A stretch of 64,000 nt of DNA from assembly GCF_006345805.1 (NCBI RefSeq), contig NC_043000.1:2418001-2482000 (forward strand), written 5' to 3'. This DNA comes from Octopus sinensis. Taxonomy: Eukaryota. Made by a program: the position numbers and the translations under genes. Under the pieces are notes generated by a model, which worked only from the letters and a program-made list of their open reading frames with translations, was not told the DNA's origin and did no database searches. Each line of letters starts with the position of its first letter. Position 1 is the first letter of the stretch. Shown here piece by piece: positions 1 through 13,127 of this stretch.

Positions 1-246
1 CTACTACCTTAACTGACCAATTGGTGCCAGCTCCTGTTTGGGTTTTACTCACATAATGAATTGAACTTTAACGAGCAAAACTCATTATGCACTTCTCCTT
101 TCACGCAAGTGTTGCTTTTACTGTTGTTTGTTACAACTACAATGATAAGTTACATCACTCCACACTTTGTGTATTTACTTACTGTGGATAGTGAAGTGTC
201 TTGGTCATGTCCATAGGTACATATGTACACTTTAGTAAGTACTTGT

Positions 247-585
247 GAAGGCGCATGGCTCAGTGGTTAGAGTGTTGAGCTTACGATCGTGAGGTTGTGA
301 GCTCGAATCCCGGACCGGGCTGCGTGTTGTGTTCTTGAGCAAAGCACTTTATTTCACGTTGCTCCAGTTCACTCAGCTGTAGAAATGAGTTGCGACGTCA
401 CTGGTGCCAAGCTGTATCGACCTTTGTCTTTCCCTTGGATAACACTGGTGGCGTGGAGAGGGGAGGCTGGTATGCATGGGCGACTGCTGGTCTTCCATAA
501 ACAACCTTGCCCTGACTTGTGTCTAGGAGGGTAACTTTCTAGGTGCAATCCCATGGTCATTCATGACCGAAGGGGGTCTTTACCC
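247..585 (+). mobile_element. tRNA-derived SINE family A; other copies 6617-6946(-), 22153-22349(+), 27425-27747(-); variants 3635-3877(-), 7120-7360(-)
   Basis: A box TGGCTCAGTGG, B box GCTCGAATCC, TSD ctttagtaagtactt on both sides, multiple copies in the window. Confidence 0.9.
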
Positions 586-741
586 TTTAGTAAGTACTTA
601 CAGTTAGATAGACAAGACTGTTTACATTAAATGTCTTGACCATGGACAGAATACTGTGAAATATACTTCACTTTAGTACTTGAATACTTGTTGGATAAAT
701 AGAACTTCTTACAGTTAAGTATCTTAGGCATGTACATAATA

Positions 742-1125
742 CATCATCATCATCATTGTTCGACCGTGATCGAGACAATGGAATTTACCATGCTACACCA
801 GACTTCACGGTCCATCATGGCATAACGGAGGTCCTGTTGCTGGATGTTGTATCCCTGGAGATTACATCAGGGTAGGAGAGTGTGCGCCCTCTGGTATTGC
901 GAGTAGATAGCTTTTAAGAGGAGAAGAGTAGAAATTACCTCTTTTTCAGCTCTACAACAATGTCCAGCAAACAGGACTCTCCTACCTTTCACAAGAGATG
1001 ACACAGGTGGTAGTTTCCCATATATTTGCATTTTGGTTGGATGGCGCTTCCACGGGAGATTTTGAGCTCTCATAAGGAGGCGAGTGTAGGTTCCATCCAA
1101 CCGCCTCTCAAGCTTCTTTGACATA
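742..1125 (-). mobile_element. 5'-truncated RTE-clade LINE 3' end
   Basis: ORF ..RLDGTYTRLLMRAQNLPWKRHPT..RRVLFAGHCCR.., (GAT)n tail, TSD-like acataatac at ~733 and 1121. Confidence 0.8.
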
Positions 1126-2614
1126 ATACAGTGAACTCTATCACACTTTGGTTTACATACAGATAGGCAGTCAGGTTGGTTGAATGATGTTTTTGTCATA
1201 AACAGTGCAGAAAATTACACTGTAGTGTTGCTCCTGCTTACACCTAGGTAGACTGGGTTGTTGATAGTTAAGTGTCTTGGTCAGGGCCTGATACAGTGGA
1301 CTGTGTCATTCTGTGGTACAGGCAGCAGGAGAACTTACCAACAACTCACAGATAGACAATTTACTGACCAAAATTTCATTGATTAGCAAATTTCACTTAC
1401 AAGCAATTGATCGAATAACTTATTTACCAATGGAACATTATTGATTAATAACTTGATTTCAGTGAAGGGTTAAAAAAGTAAATAGTGTATATTTATTTCT
1501 CAGAAAATTCATTTAAAAAAATATTAAAACATCGATAAAATTTTGAAAGATTTCTAAGATGAGATGTTATGAGTTAAGCCTCTTAAATATAAAATGATAG
1601 ATTCATTAGATTTGTAGTGAATCTTTTAGTGAGCTGTTTTTATACTCCTAGTTTTTTTTCTTTTTTTTTTCATTGTAAGTTAGTCTTTTTATACTTTCAG
1701 CACGACCATAGAATTTTCATTTCTTTAAGGAGGCTGTTGTAACTGGTGAATTGTTGGTTGATGTGTTGCTATTGGTAGATTGTTATCAATAGATTACTAT
1801 TGGCAAATTTCCTACACATGTATGGCATACATGTATGGCATGTATTTGCAACTAGCAGTTAAATATCTTGGCCATAGACTCAGAACTCTGCTCTATGTTC
1901 CTTAAGGTCATACTCACTTACAGCTAGGTAGACCGGTCTAACGTTTCTTAACAATGAACACATTGCTCTACTGATAACGAATGATTAACTATCAACCATA
2001 CTGAGTCAATGAAATAAATACCAATAATATATTAGTATTAATTCAATCAACTCTGCTTTCTCTTTTCCAAAAATTGGCATGTAGCTGGTCGAAAGAAATC
2101 TATTTTATTATTGAGATCAAATAAGCTGATTTAATCAAGTTAGTCAGTGTAAATATATTGCCTACCTTGTTCATTTGATTATCTTGAAGAGCAAACATGG
2201 AAACCAAGCTGAAGAGTTATCTCCCTCTCAGTAAGCACTCACCTGTGTTCAAATAGTGTGTGTGTTATGCATCAATTTGTTTGTGTATGAGTGTTCAAAA
2301 TCTGGGTGGTGAAGGAGAATGAGGGGAGTGAGTGTGAATGATAGCTGGTGAGAGGTGTTAGTAAGACACAGATAAAGTGACAGAGAGAGAATGAATGAAA
2401 GACAATGGTACTTTCATTGCTTTGGAGTAAATTCACTGATTGGAGGATACTTTGTATCTCATGATCAAATGGAAGAGGCAATGTATCACATGACCTACTC
2501 ACAAAAGAAGAAAACACAGTGTTACCATAATTGTCTCTGTTTCTTTTGTTGTGTTATATCATAGTCATAATGTCATTTTTGATGATCGTTATACATTAAA
2601 CTTATTTAAGATAT

Positions 2615-3320
2615 ATACCCCCCATGCTTGCGAAGACATGTTGGGGCAAGCGAAATCGAAACCGAATTGAACCAGCCAGGATCCCTGGCCTGGTGGTACG
2701 TAAAAAGCACTATCCGACTCGGGGCCGTGGCACGTAAAATACTCCAATGCGACCGTACGACAGGCACCCATGCCACCCCCTTTGCTTGTGAAGACATGTT
2801 GGGGCAAGCGAAATCGAAATCGAATTGAACCAGCCAGGATCCCTGGTCTGGTGGTACGTAAAAAGCACTATCCGACTCGTGGCCGTGGCACGTAAAATAC
2901 TCCAATGCGACCGTACGACAGGCACCCTTGCCAACCCCCTTGCTTGTGAAGACATGTTGGGGCAAGCGAAATCGAAATCGAATTGAACCAGCCAGGATCC
3001 CTGGTCTGGTGGTACGTAAAAAGCACTATCCGACTCGTGGCCGATGCCAGCACCGCCTCGACTGGCTTCCGTGCCGGTGGCACATAAAATACACCAATCT
3101 GACCGTGGCCGTTGCCAGCCCCGCCTGGCACCTGTGCAGGTGGCACGTAAAAAGCACCCACTACACTCACGGAGTGGTTGGCGTTAGGAAGGGCATCCAG
3201 CTGTAGAAACATTGCCAAATTAGACTGGAGCCTGGTGCAGCCTTCTGGCTTCCCAGAACCCCGGTCGAACCGTCCAACCCATGCTAGCATGGAGAACGGA
3301 CGTTAAACGACGATGATGAT
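2615..3320 (+). mobile_element. Family D non-autonomous retroelement with (GAT)n tail and variable internal tandem units (158-bp repeat here); other copies 8965-9285, 10683-10965(-), 16705-17112, 22562-22930(-), 25561-25958(-), 26531-26860(-), 27188-27416, 31866-32081, 34960-35660, 52130-52471, 59068-59425
   Basis: Shared 3' GTTGGCGTTAGGAAGGGCATCCAGCTGTAGAAAC..GGACGTTAAAC(GAT)n, repeated TGGCACGTAAAAAGCAC modules, variable 5' truncation. Confidence 0.88.
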
Positions 3321-3912
3321 ATATCAGAAAAGTAAAACAACAACAAATAAAAAACAAAATATACAAAATCTGTTGGTCCATACTACACAGAACCTATTTC
3401 TTTACTACCCACAAGGGGCTAAACACAGAGGGGACAAACAAGGACAGACAAACGGATTAAGTCAATTACATCGACCCCAGTGCGTAACTAATACTTAATT
3501 TATCGACCCCAAAAGGATGAAAGGCAAAGTCAACCTCGGCGGAATTTGAACTCAGAATGTAACGGCAGACAAAATATGGCTATGCATTTCGCCCGGAGTG
3601 CTAACGTTTCTGCCAGCTCGCCACCTCATAAAATAAATGCGCCCTTTTAAAGCCTAGCCAGGCTCATGGGCCCGGTTTCTGTGGTGTATGTGTTCCCCAG
3701 CTGGACGGGGACAACAGTCCATTGCAGCGTTACTCATTTTTGCCAGCTGAGTGGACTGGAGCAACGTGAAATGAAGCGTTTTGCTCAAGAACACAACACA
3801 ATGCTCGGTCCAAGAATCGAAACCACAATCTTACGATCATGATGCCGGCACCCTAACCACTAAGCCACGTGCCTCCACTCCATACTACACAGTACCTAGT
3901 GACCTAGTTTAA

Positions 3913-4146
3913 AGGCGGCGAGCTGGCAGAAACGTTAGCACGCCGGGCGAAATGCTTTGCGGTATTTCGTCTGCCGTTACGTTCTGAGTTCAAATTCCGC
4001 AGAGTTCGACTTTGCCTTTCATCCTTTCGGGGTCGATAAATTAAAGTACCAGTTACGCACTGGGGTCGATGTGATCGACTTAATACCTATGTCTGTCCTT
4101 GTTTGTCCCCTCTATGTTTAGCCCCTTGTGGGTAGTAAAGAAATAA
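3913..4146 (+). mobile_element. SINE family B (Meta-domain-like); other copies 3393-3625(-), 4856-5072, 19752-19971, 32485-32708, 56771-57000, 60840-61068; dimers 24213-24660(-), 28214-28627, 46113-46543(-)
   Basis: Head GGCGGCGAGCTGGCAGAA, B box GAGTTCAAATTCC, core GTCGACTTTGCCTTTCATCCTTTCGGGGTCGATAAA. TSDs of 12-16 bp, e.g. agtacctagtgacct. Confidence 0.9.
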
Positions 4147-7100
4147 GTACCTAGTGACCTTGCAGTTTCTCAAATTCACCAAACCAACCAAGAAACAGAT
4201 GGAAATTTCATGTCTTGCATCCGTTGTTTTTATCAATTTATTTGAGTTATTTAACTGTCTCCCTTTTTATATTGCTTCCCTCCTACACACACATCTTCAT
4301 TGTTGATGGAAAGAAAATACAAAAATCAATATGTACTGTGAAGAAATTCGACTAATCTACCGACTCTCATAGAAAAATACAGTTTTCACAAGATGGTACT
4401 TTGACTTACATCTTGGTCAGTGATTGTGTTACGTTGATTTTGTGCTATTACCAGACTAAGGGGCAGGAGCATGTTATGGTACAGATTCTTGGTAATTTAG
4501 ATATCCACGTGTGAACTATTAAAGCCTCTGTCTTCACAGCTGCTTGTCTCTCCTACTGTTAACCACTGAACATGGCACCTTGTTGTCAGCCATCATTGTC
4601 ATCATCATTGTCATCATCATTATCATCATCAACACCGTAAAAATCACTTTAACTCTTTCACATTTAAACCGGCCATATCTGGGCCACATATTCTACCTAT
4701 TTTACACTAAAATCAGCCAGATTCCATACAATGCTTCCCTACCACATGGTTCCAGGTTCAGTCCCACTGCATGGTACCTTCGGCAAGTATCTTCTACTAT
4801 AGCCTCGGGCTGACTAAAGCCTTGTAAGTGTATTTAGTAGACAGAAACTGAAAGAAGGCGGCAAGCTGGCAGAAATGTTAGCACGCCGGGCGAAATGCGT
4901 AGCTGTATTTCGTCTGCCAGTATGTTCTGAGTTCAAATTCCACCAAGGTCGACTTTGCCTTTCATCCTTTCGGGGTCAATAAATTAAGTACCAGTTATGC
5001 AATTGACTTAATCCTTTTGTCTATCCTTGTTTGTCCCCTCTGTGTTTAGCCCCTTGTGGGCAATAAAGAAATAAGAAACTGAAAGAAGCCTGTCATATAT
5101 ATATATATATATATCTGTGTGTGTGTCTTTGAGTCTGTGTTTGTCCTTTCATTACTGCTTGTCAACCAGTGTTGGTATGTTTACATCCTTGTAACTTAGC
5201 AGTTTGGCAAAAGAGACCAATAGAATAACTACTAGGCTTAAAGAATATATGTTCTGGGATTGATTTCTTCGACTAGAATCCTTCAAGGTGGTGCTCCAGC
5301 ATGGCCGCAGTCAAATGACTGAAACAAGTAAAAGAATAAAAGAATAAAGAATATCATTGAAATTTTGAAGCTACAAGATACTCTTTACTCTTTACTCTTG
5401 TACTCTTTTACTTGTTTCAGTCATTTGACTGCGGCCATGCTGGAGCACCGCCTTTAGTCGAGCAAATCAACACCGGGACTTATTCTTTTTGTAAGCCCAG
5501 TACTTATTCTATCGGTCTCTTTTTGCCGAACTGCTAAGTGACAGGGACGTAAACACACCAGCATGGGTTGTCAAGCAATATTGAGGGGTGGGGACAAACA
5601 CAAACACACAAACATACACACACACATACATATATATATACATATATACGATAGGCTTCTTTCAGTTTCCGTCTACCAAATCCACTCACAAGGCATTGGT
5701 CGGCCCGGGGCTATAGCAGAAGACACTTGCCCAAGATGCCACGCAGTGGGACTGAACCCGGAACCATGTGGTTGGTTAGCAAGCTACTTACCACACAGCC
5801 ACTCCTGCGCCGATAATACTTTATTATTGAAAACAATGAGAATAAATATGCATTATGTTTGACAAAATAATCTGACTGCTAAAAGGCTTAAAATTTGTTT
5901 ACAGTGGCAGATAGAATAAGTGCCAGACTTAAAATATGTACTGGGTTCAACTTGTTGGGCTAAAGCCATCAAGGTGGTACCCTAGCATGGCTGCAGTCCA
6001 ATGATGAAAACAAGTAAAAAATAAAGAAAAATATAAATAAATGAAAATGGAGTAAGGTACTTGATCAATAATGCAGACTTCCTATTTCCTCTTTCAGAAC
6101 ATAATCAGAAAATATTTGACCCAATATTTTAATTAGATATTTAATGAATGAAAACAAAATGAAATTTTCTTCTCTTTTGTGGTCAATATTTATTAAAGTT
6201 ACCAATAACTGTTATAACTACCAGTAATAGCTATTATTACTACCACTTGTAACAACTAATCTCAGCAGAAAGAGCTTCTGCATGGACAGTCAGAGTGCTA
6301 AAAATAGCAGCCTAATCTCCCTCAAATAACATTCCAGTTAGGAAAAGGGAAAGGCTGTCCTTGCATGTAATCAGAATGGTAGTCTGGTCATGACCGGAAT
6401 GGTTTCGATCTTTGGTTTGCTTAATCAGTGCTGACATGTGGCTAAACAATGACAGTAGCAACAACTAAAACTACTATAAGTCAAAGAGAGTGCCTTTACA
6501 TGGTTGCTTGACCTGTTAGAAGTAGCAGCCAAATCTCCCTCAAATCACAGCCCTGTTGTCTTTAAAAAATATAAGGAACATTGAATAATGTTGTTTTCGA
6601 TACAGTGTTTAAATTATGACCCCCTTTGGTCAGACGCTGACCATGTGTTTGCACCTAGAGAGTTACCCTCTGAGGCACAAGTCTGGGCAAGGTTGTTTTT
6701 TTATGGAAGACCAGCAGTCGCCCATGCATACCGGTCTCCCCTCTCCACGTCACCAATGTTGTCCAAGGGAAAGGCAAGGGCCGATACAGCTTGGCACCAG
6801 TGACGTCGCAACTCGTTTCTACAGCTGAGTGAACTGGAGCAACATGAAATAAAGTATCTTGCTCAAGAACACAACACGCAGCCCGGTCCGGGATTCGAGC
6901 TCACAACCTCACGATCGTAAGCTCGACGCTCTAACCACTGAGCCGTGCAGGATATTGTGTTAGGAAGGGAATATTCTGTAGAAACCATGCCAAAGCAGAC
7001 ACTGAAACATGATGCAGCCCTTGGGCCCGTTAAATTCTGTCAAACTATGCCAGCATGAAACACATGGTAGCCAATTGAGCTTCTTAACCATACAGCCATG

Positions 7101-7953
7101 CCTATGCTTCAACATATAACAAGGATAAAGCATCCTTCTCGAGCCCTCTGGACACATAAGGGCTGATTTCCCAGCTTCCATGGTGCATATATATTTACCC
7201 ACTAGACGGGATGCTGGTCTGTCACAGAATTACTCATTTTTACCAGTTGAATGGAAATAAAGTGTTTTGCTCACAAACAGAACACTTCACCCAGTCCAGG
7301 AATTGAAACTACAATCTTATGATTATGAGTCCAACACCCTGACCACTAAGCCACATGGCTCTACATACTTAATTTTATTGATCTTGGATGATTCAAAGAC
7401 AAATAAAGATTTTGGGAGGACTTGAACTCAGAACATAAAAGCCAAAACAAAAGCATTATGGCCGACATGCTCATGGGTCTGCAAATCCATTGCTTTTAAT
7501 AGTTTCTTACATTGGCATAAGGTCAGAAATTTTAGGAGTGGGGTCGGGGCAATGTTGATCAATTAAATTGACTCTAATACTTGACTAATAATTTATCCAA
7601 TCAATCCCCCAAGAAGATAAAAGGCAAAGTTGACCTCCGTGGGATCTTAAGTCAGAACATAAAAAGTCAGAACAAACACCATAAGGCATTGTTTCCAATG
7701 CTTTTAACATTTCTGCCAACTCGCCACTCTAATACAGCAATTAATAATAGCTTTAATAAGCAATTATCTTTACTTTAGTCACATATACTAACTGTAATAG
7801 CCACTAAATATCTGTAAGGACTTCTGTTGCTATGAAACTATGGTTCTGAATATCTACTCTACTTTGTGCAACAGATTTCCTAGAAACTCTCCACCACACA
7901 CACATACACACACATCTATCTGTCTTTCTTTCTATCTATCTATCTATCTAACT

Positions 7954-7994
<41 letters not shown>

Positions 7995-8000
7995 CATCTA

Positions 8001-8062
<62 letters not shown>

Positions 8063-9887
8063 TACAATGGACTGGACTGCTCACTTAAATATATAAAAGA
8101 ATAACTTAGTGGTGGTGGGGGATATCACAATTTTTTTTAAAAAGTAAAAAAAACAAACAAAAGGACAAAAAAAAAGATCATTTTTATGTTGCTTAGTAAT
8201 TATTGATAAAAGAAAAATGAAATAATTTGAACTTGCTAGCTTCGGTAGTTTGTGAGATATCTGAATGGATACTGTGGTAATAAACGGATATATGTTGTTA
8301 GATGGAGGAAGATAATGATGATTGTACAGTATGAGGCCATTAAAAGATGGATATTAATGTTGTCTGGGATTTTGTGTGAGAATAGGATAGGAACGAGCCG
8401 GTGTTAGAGTTTCTACATAGTAGTTGCTGGACCTGCTAGAAATAGCAGCTAAATGTAAATCTTTTTCAAATTACACTTTACTGTCTAAAATAAGCAACTG
8501 GCGTATTAGAGTGTGTAGTTCTAGATTTCCTGAAAAAGGATAAAATGATCATAGGTGGAATGTCTTTGATGATGTTTGCTCAATCAGGTCTGACCTTGGG
8601 CTAAATAATTACAATAGCAGCAAAACAGGAATAGTAGTGTAAACAATGCCCCTAGAATGGAAGTGTACTTTAGGTTAAGAAAATATAGGCCAAATAGACC
8701 AAGTAAAATATAGGCCAGTGTGGTTGTGAGGTTAAGGAGTTCATTCCACAACCACATGGTTCTGAGTTCAATCGTACTGTGCAGCTCCTTGGACAAGTGT
8801 CTTATATTACACGATCAGGTTGATGAATATCTTGGGAGTAGAATTTGATTCATAGAAACAGTGTGGAGACCCATCATGTGTATAAGCATGTGTGTGTGTA
8901 CATGGGTGCATATGTGTGTGTGTGTATATATATATATATCCTATGACTGGCACCCGGCAGATGTCGGACCCCTACGTAAAAAGCATTATCCGACTCGTGG
9001 CCGATGCCAGCGCCGCCTCGACTGGCTTCCGTGCCAGTGGCACGTAAATTGCACCAATCCAACCGTGGCCGTTGCCAGCCTCGCCTGGCACCTGTGCAGG
9101 TGGCACGTAAAAAGCACCCACTACACTCACGGAGTGGTTGGCGTTAGGAAGGACATCCAGCTGTAGAAACATTGCCAGATAAGACCGGAGCCTGGTGCAG
9201 CCTTCTGGCTTCCCAGATCCCCGGTCGAACTGTCCAACCCATGCTAGCATGGAGAACAGATGTTGAACGATGATGATGATGATGATATCCTTGGCACGCT
9301 GTTTCTTCTCCCCTCTTTAATTCCTTCCTTCTCTCTCTCTCCCCCTTGGTGCCTTTGTCCCTTTCTTTCTCTCTCTCTTTGATTCCTTGCCCCCTGCTTT
9401 TCTTTCTCTCTCTTCTGTCCTCTCACATGACTGCCGCCGCTCAAACTGGTCTTTTCGGCTTGACCACTGCCATGTTAACACTGTTGTCTTCGTTTGCCGC
9501 AAAGGCATTTTTTTCAAAATACGCCAGCCAAGATAAGTTAAAAATTGTCTGAAGTCGTAAGACACCCGCTGTTTTGTCCTGTTATTACTATTCTTGTTTT
9601 TTATTTCTATTTTTTGTTTCTTGTATTTATATTCGTGTGGCATTCTGTCCTTGTTTCGAATACATTCGATCCTCTTTCCAAGAAATCTAATGCTCATAGC
9701 TTAGTTTTTCTTTGGGGCTGGCCGTATTGGAGCGATATCAGGATTAATCAGCTGAAATTGCTAAGATGATCCGGTTCCCGACTGAAGATTAGAGGCTTCG
9801 AATGACCCGTCTGTTTTTTTGTGTCGTCTCTTTGTGTGTTTTTGCGTTCTTGTCCCATTTTGTAATTTATATTTAAATAATAAAAAT

Positions 9888-10207
9888 AATAATAATAATA
9901 ATTGTGTACAGTGCTCAGGTGCACTACAACTCATCTAAAGTGTATATATAATCAGGTGTAGTTTCGGCGGATTTCGGAAAGCATGAGGGCCTTAAAAGAT
10001 GCAGTGTCATGGCAGTCAACAACTGACGCAGGCAGTTTATTCCATGCTGCAGCAACTCTGAGCGTGAAGAAATGTTTCCGAAAGTCATGGGAGCTGTATT
10101 GTTTTCTGACTTTGTAGGCATGTCCACGTGTGTTAGACACATGGAGATCAAAAAGGTGTTCAGTGTTGTTGTTGGTGAGGTGGTTGATAACTTTGTGGGT
10201 GTTTACT
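9888..10207 (-). mobile_element. CR1-clade LINE 3' end
   Basis: TRGHAYKVRK..FRKHFFTLRVAAAWNKLP..FK motif and a (TTA)n tail. Confidence 0.85.
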
Positions 10208-10244
<37 letters not shown>

Positions 10245-11851
10245 TACATGTGTGTGTATATTTATATATAAATTCAAACACACACACACACACACATGTG
10301 ACTGGCTTCTTTTATGGGTACTTCCCAACTACATGGTTTCAGGTTCAGTGCCACTGCATGATACCTTGGGCAATTATCATCTATAACCCCAGGCTGACCA
10401 AAACCTTGTGAGTAGTTTGAAGGAAACTGAAAGAAGCCCATATGTGCATGAGTGTGTATGTGGTTACTGTCTCCTGCCCTTAAGATCACGTGATAGTTGT
10501 GGTTGTCACTGTCATACAAGTGGTGTCCATTGTTGCCAATCTTTGTAGATGTTTGGTCACTGGAAAATATTATCTTACTTAAAACAGGACAGTTGACAAC
10601 AGGAATGGCATCCAACTGTAGAAAATCTGCCTCAACAGATTCTGACCCATTCAAACATGGAAAACTGGACATTAAAACAATTATCATCATCATCAGTTAA
10701 TGTCCGTTCTCCATGCTAGCATGGGTTGGACGTTTCGACCGGGGATCTGGGAAGCCAGAAGGCTGCACCAGGCTCCAGTCTTATCTGGCAATGTTTCTAC
10801 AGCTGGATGCCCTTCCTAACGCCAACCACTCCGTGAGTGTAGTGGGTGCTTTTTACGTGCCACCTGCACTGGAGCCAGGCGAGGCTGGCATCGGCCACGG
10901 TCGGATTGGTGCATTTTATGGAAGCCAGTCGAGGCGGCACTGGCTTCGGCTACGATTCGGATGATGATGATAATGATGTTTATATATAAAAACATTTATT
11001 CATTAGTTTAACATTTGTTTGTCCATGCTGGAATATGTTGGATGCAGCTCTGGATTAATCAATAAGCAAAATAAGCATGTATTTAGGGCACCAAGGGAGG
11101 GAGAACCACAGAAATGATAAATGGTTTACAGCACAAAAGAAATCACTTTAAACTTGTTAAAATAATGTTTGAAGTCAATTTACATGGTTGGAAATATAAT
11201 TTCGAAGTGTTTATGGTATCATAGTGAAGATCTGATCAAAGTCTTAGCATTTATAAAAGTAGGAGCAAACTTTGCAAATATAAATAAAGTGGAAGTATAC
11301 AAAAATAAACATTATTTTCCATCTTAATGTTAGTTTTGTTTCATTTTGAAAAATGAAAAATTTATTTTACGGTTTATTATTGTTTATATTTTGAATTACA
11401 TATATATGTGGGCATGAATATCTTTTAAGTGGTTAGGGTTGCTATGGGTCTTAATCTGGCCCTGGTTGAATGGGAAATTATTTGAGGTAGAATTTTATGG
11501 TTCGACACTTTTCCCACCATCAAATATCGTCTGTTTTGCAAGCAAAGAATTTTTTTTTTATTCTAGTGGTGTTTGAAAGTGCAGAGAAATTAGTCATATT
11601 GTCATTGTCGTTTTAATGTCCATTTTTTCCATGCTTGTATTGGTCTGACAAAATTTGTTGAAGCAGATTTTCAATGGCTGGATGTCCTGTCTGTCACTGA
11701 CCTTCACCTGTCTCCAAGTGAGATAATATTTCTCCATGGCCAGTTATGTTTTCACAGAAGATTCTTAACAAAGGATGCCACCTATATGAGAGTGACATTC
11801 ACTTAGAACAATTTTACAGATGTCAAGACAAGGTGACAGTAACACGTGTAT

Positions 11852-11892
<41 letters not shown>

Positions 11893-12997
11893 AATTAGAA
11901 AAAAACACCTTTTATCAATTCAAAATGAACAATTGAATTACACCATCTAGAAAATTACATAATTTTTCTAATTTTTCTATATTAGTATTTCTATATTAGT
12001 ATTTCTAAATTGAATTTTTCCCTGTAAGTTAGGATTAATATTCCCTCAAAAAATGATTATATATATATATAATAGGTTTCTTTCAGTTTCTGTTTATCAA
12101 GTTCACTCACATCGCTTTGGTTGGTTTGGGTCTATAGTAGGTGACACTTGCCCAAGGTACCACACAGTGGGACTGAACCTGTGAACACATGGTTAGGTAA
12201 CAAACTTCTCAATCAGACAGCCATGCCTGAACCTCTATAATCATGGTAATCTTGTAATCCATTCTACTGCTACCTGTTTCATGGCCAAGCCATCAGCAAC
12301 TAAGCCAGCCATGCCACACTAGGGACCGAACCTGGAACCAAGTGATTAGAAAGCAAACTTCTTAACCACACAGCTATGCCTGTGCCTAACAACAAGGAAT
12401 ATTACCATCACTACCTCAGCTTTCAATATATATCATTTCACTCCTCCTGGGGTCAATAAAATAAATTGAATTCTCTACCTGAGTATTATTGAAATATGTG
12501 GAATGGTTCCCTAACAACCTACGCTCACTCTCTTACTCTTTGTTATATCATATTTTCATAATATATTATCATACACCTTGCACTCCCATCATCATCATTA
12601 TATAGCATTACTCGTTATATGATAGGTAACTTTGGAAATATACTTTACTTTTGCCGCCATGGGTAATATCAGAAAAATTTTGGCATACATGCAATAATTA
12701 TAATTTAACATTTATGAAATTTCTTGGTGCTTATACAAGATGATGAAATCAATACTAATTTTCAAAAGAAAAATATTTATTAGCCTAAAATAAAATGAAA
12801 TAAAACAGTATTCAAAAGGCAAAAAAAAAAAAAATGAAATTGAAAACAAAATTACATTCAGTGTTGATTTTGTATTATGCAAGTTCTCTGTCTGTCTGTC
12901 TGTGTCTCTCTCACATATACACAAATTTGTACACACACCTCTTTCTCTGTTTCTCTATATATACATATATGTGTGTTTTTTTGTATGTATGTATGTT

Positions 12998-13069
<72 letters not shown>

Positions 13070-13093
13070 TGTATGTATGTATGTATGTATGTG

Positions 13094-13127
<34 letters not shown>

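Noticed and set aside
247-325. tRNA-like sequence
   Set aside because: It is a SINE head continuing into a SINE body with TSDs; no proper cloverleaf acceptor stem.
9300-9870. Unclassified segment containing CTGAAGA (~9782)
   Set aside because: No GAAA-stem III-NUH arrangement; cannot classify from sequence alone.
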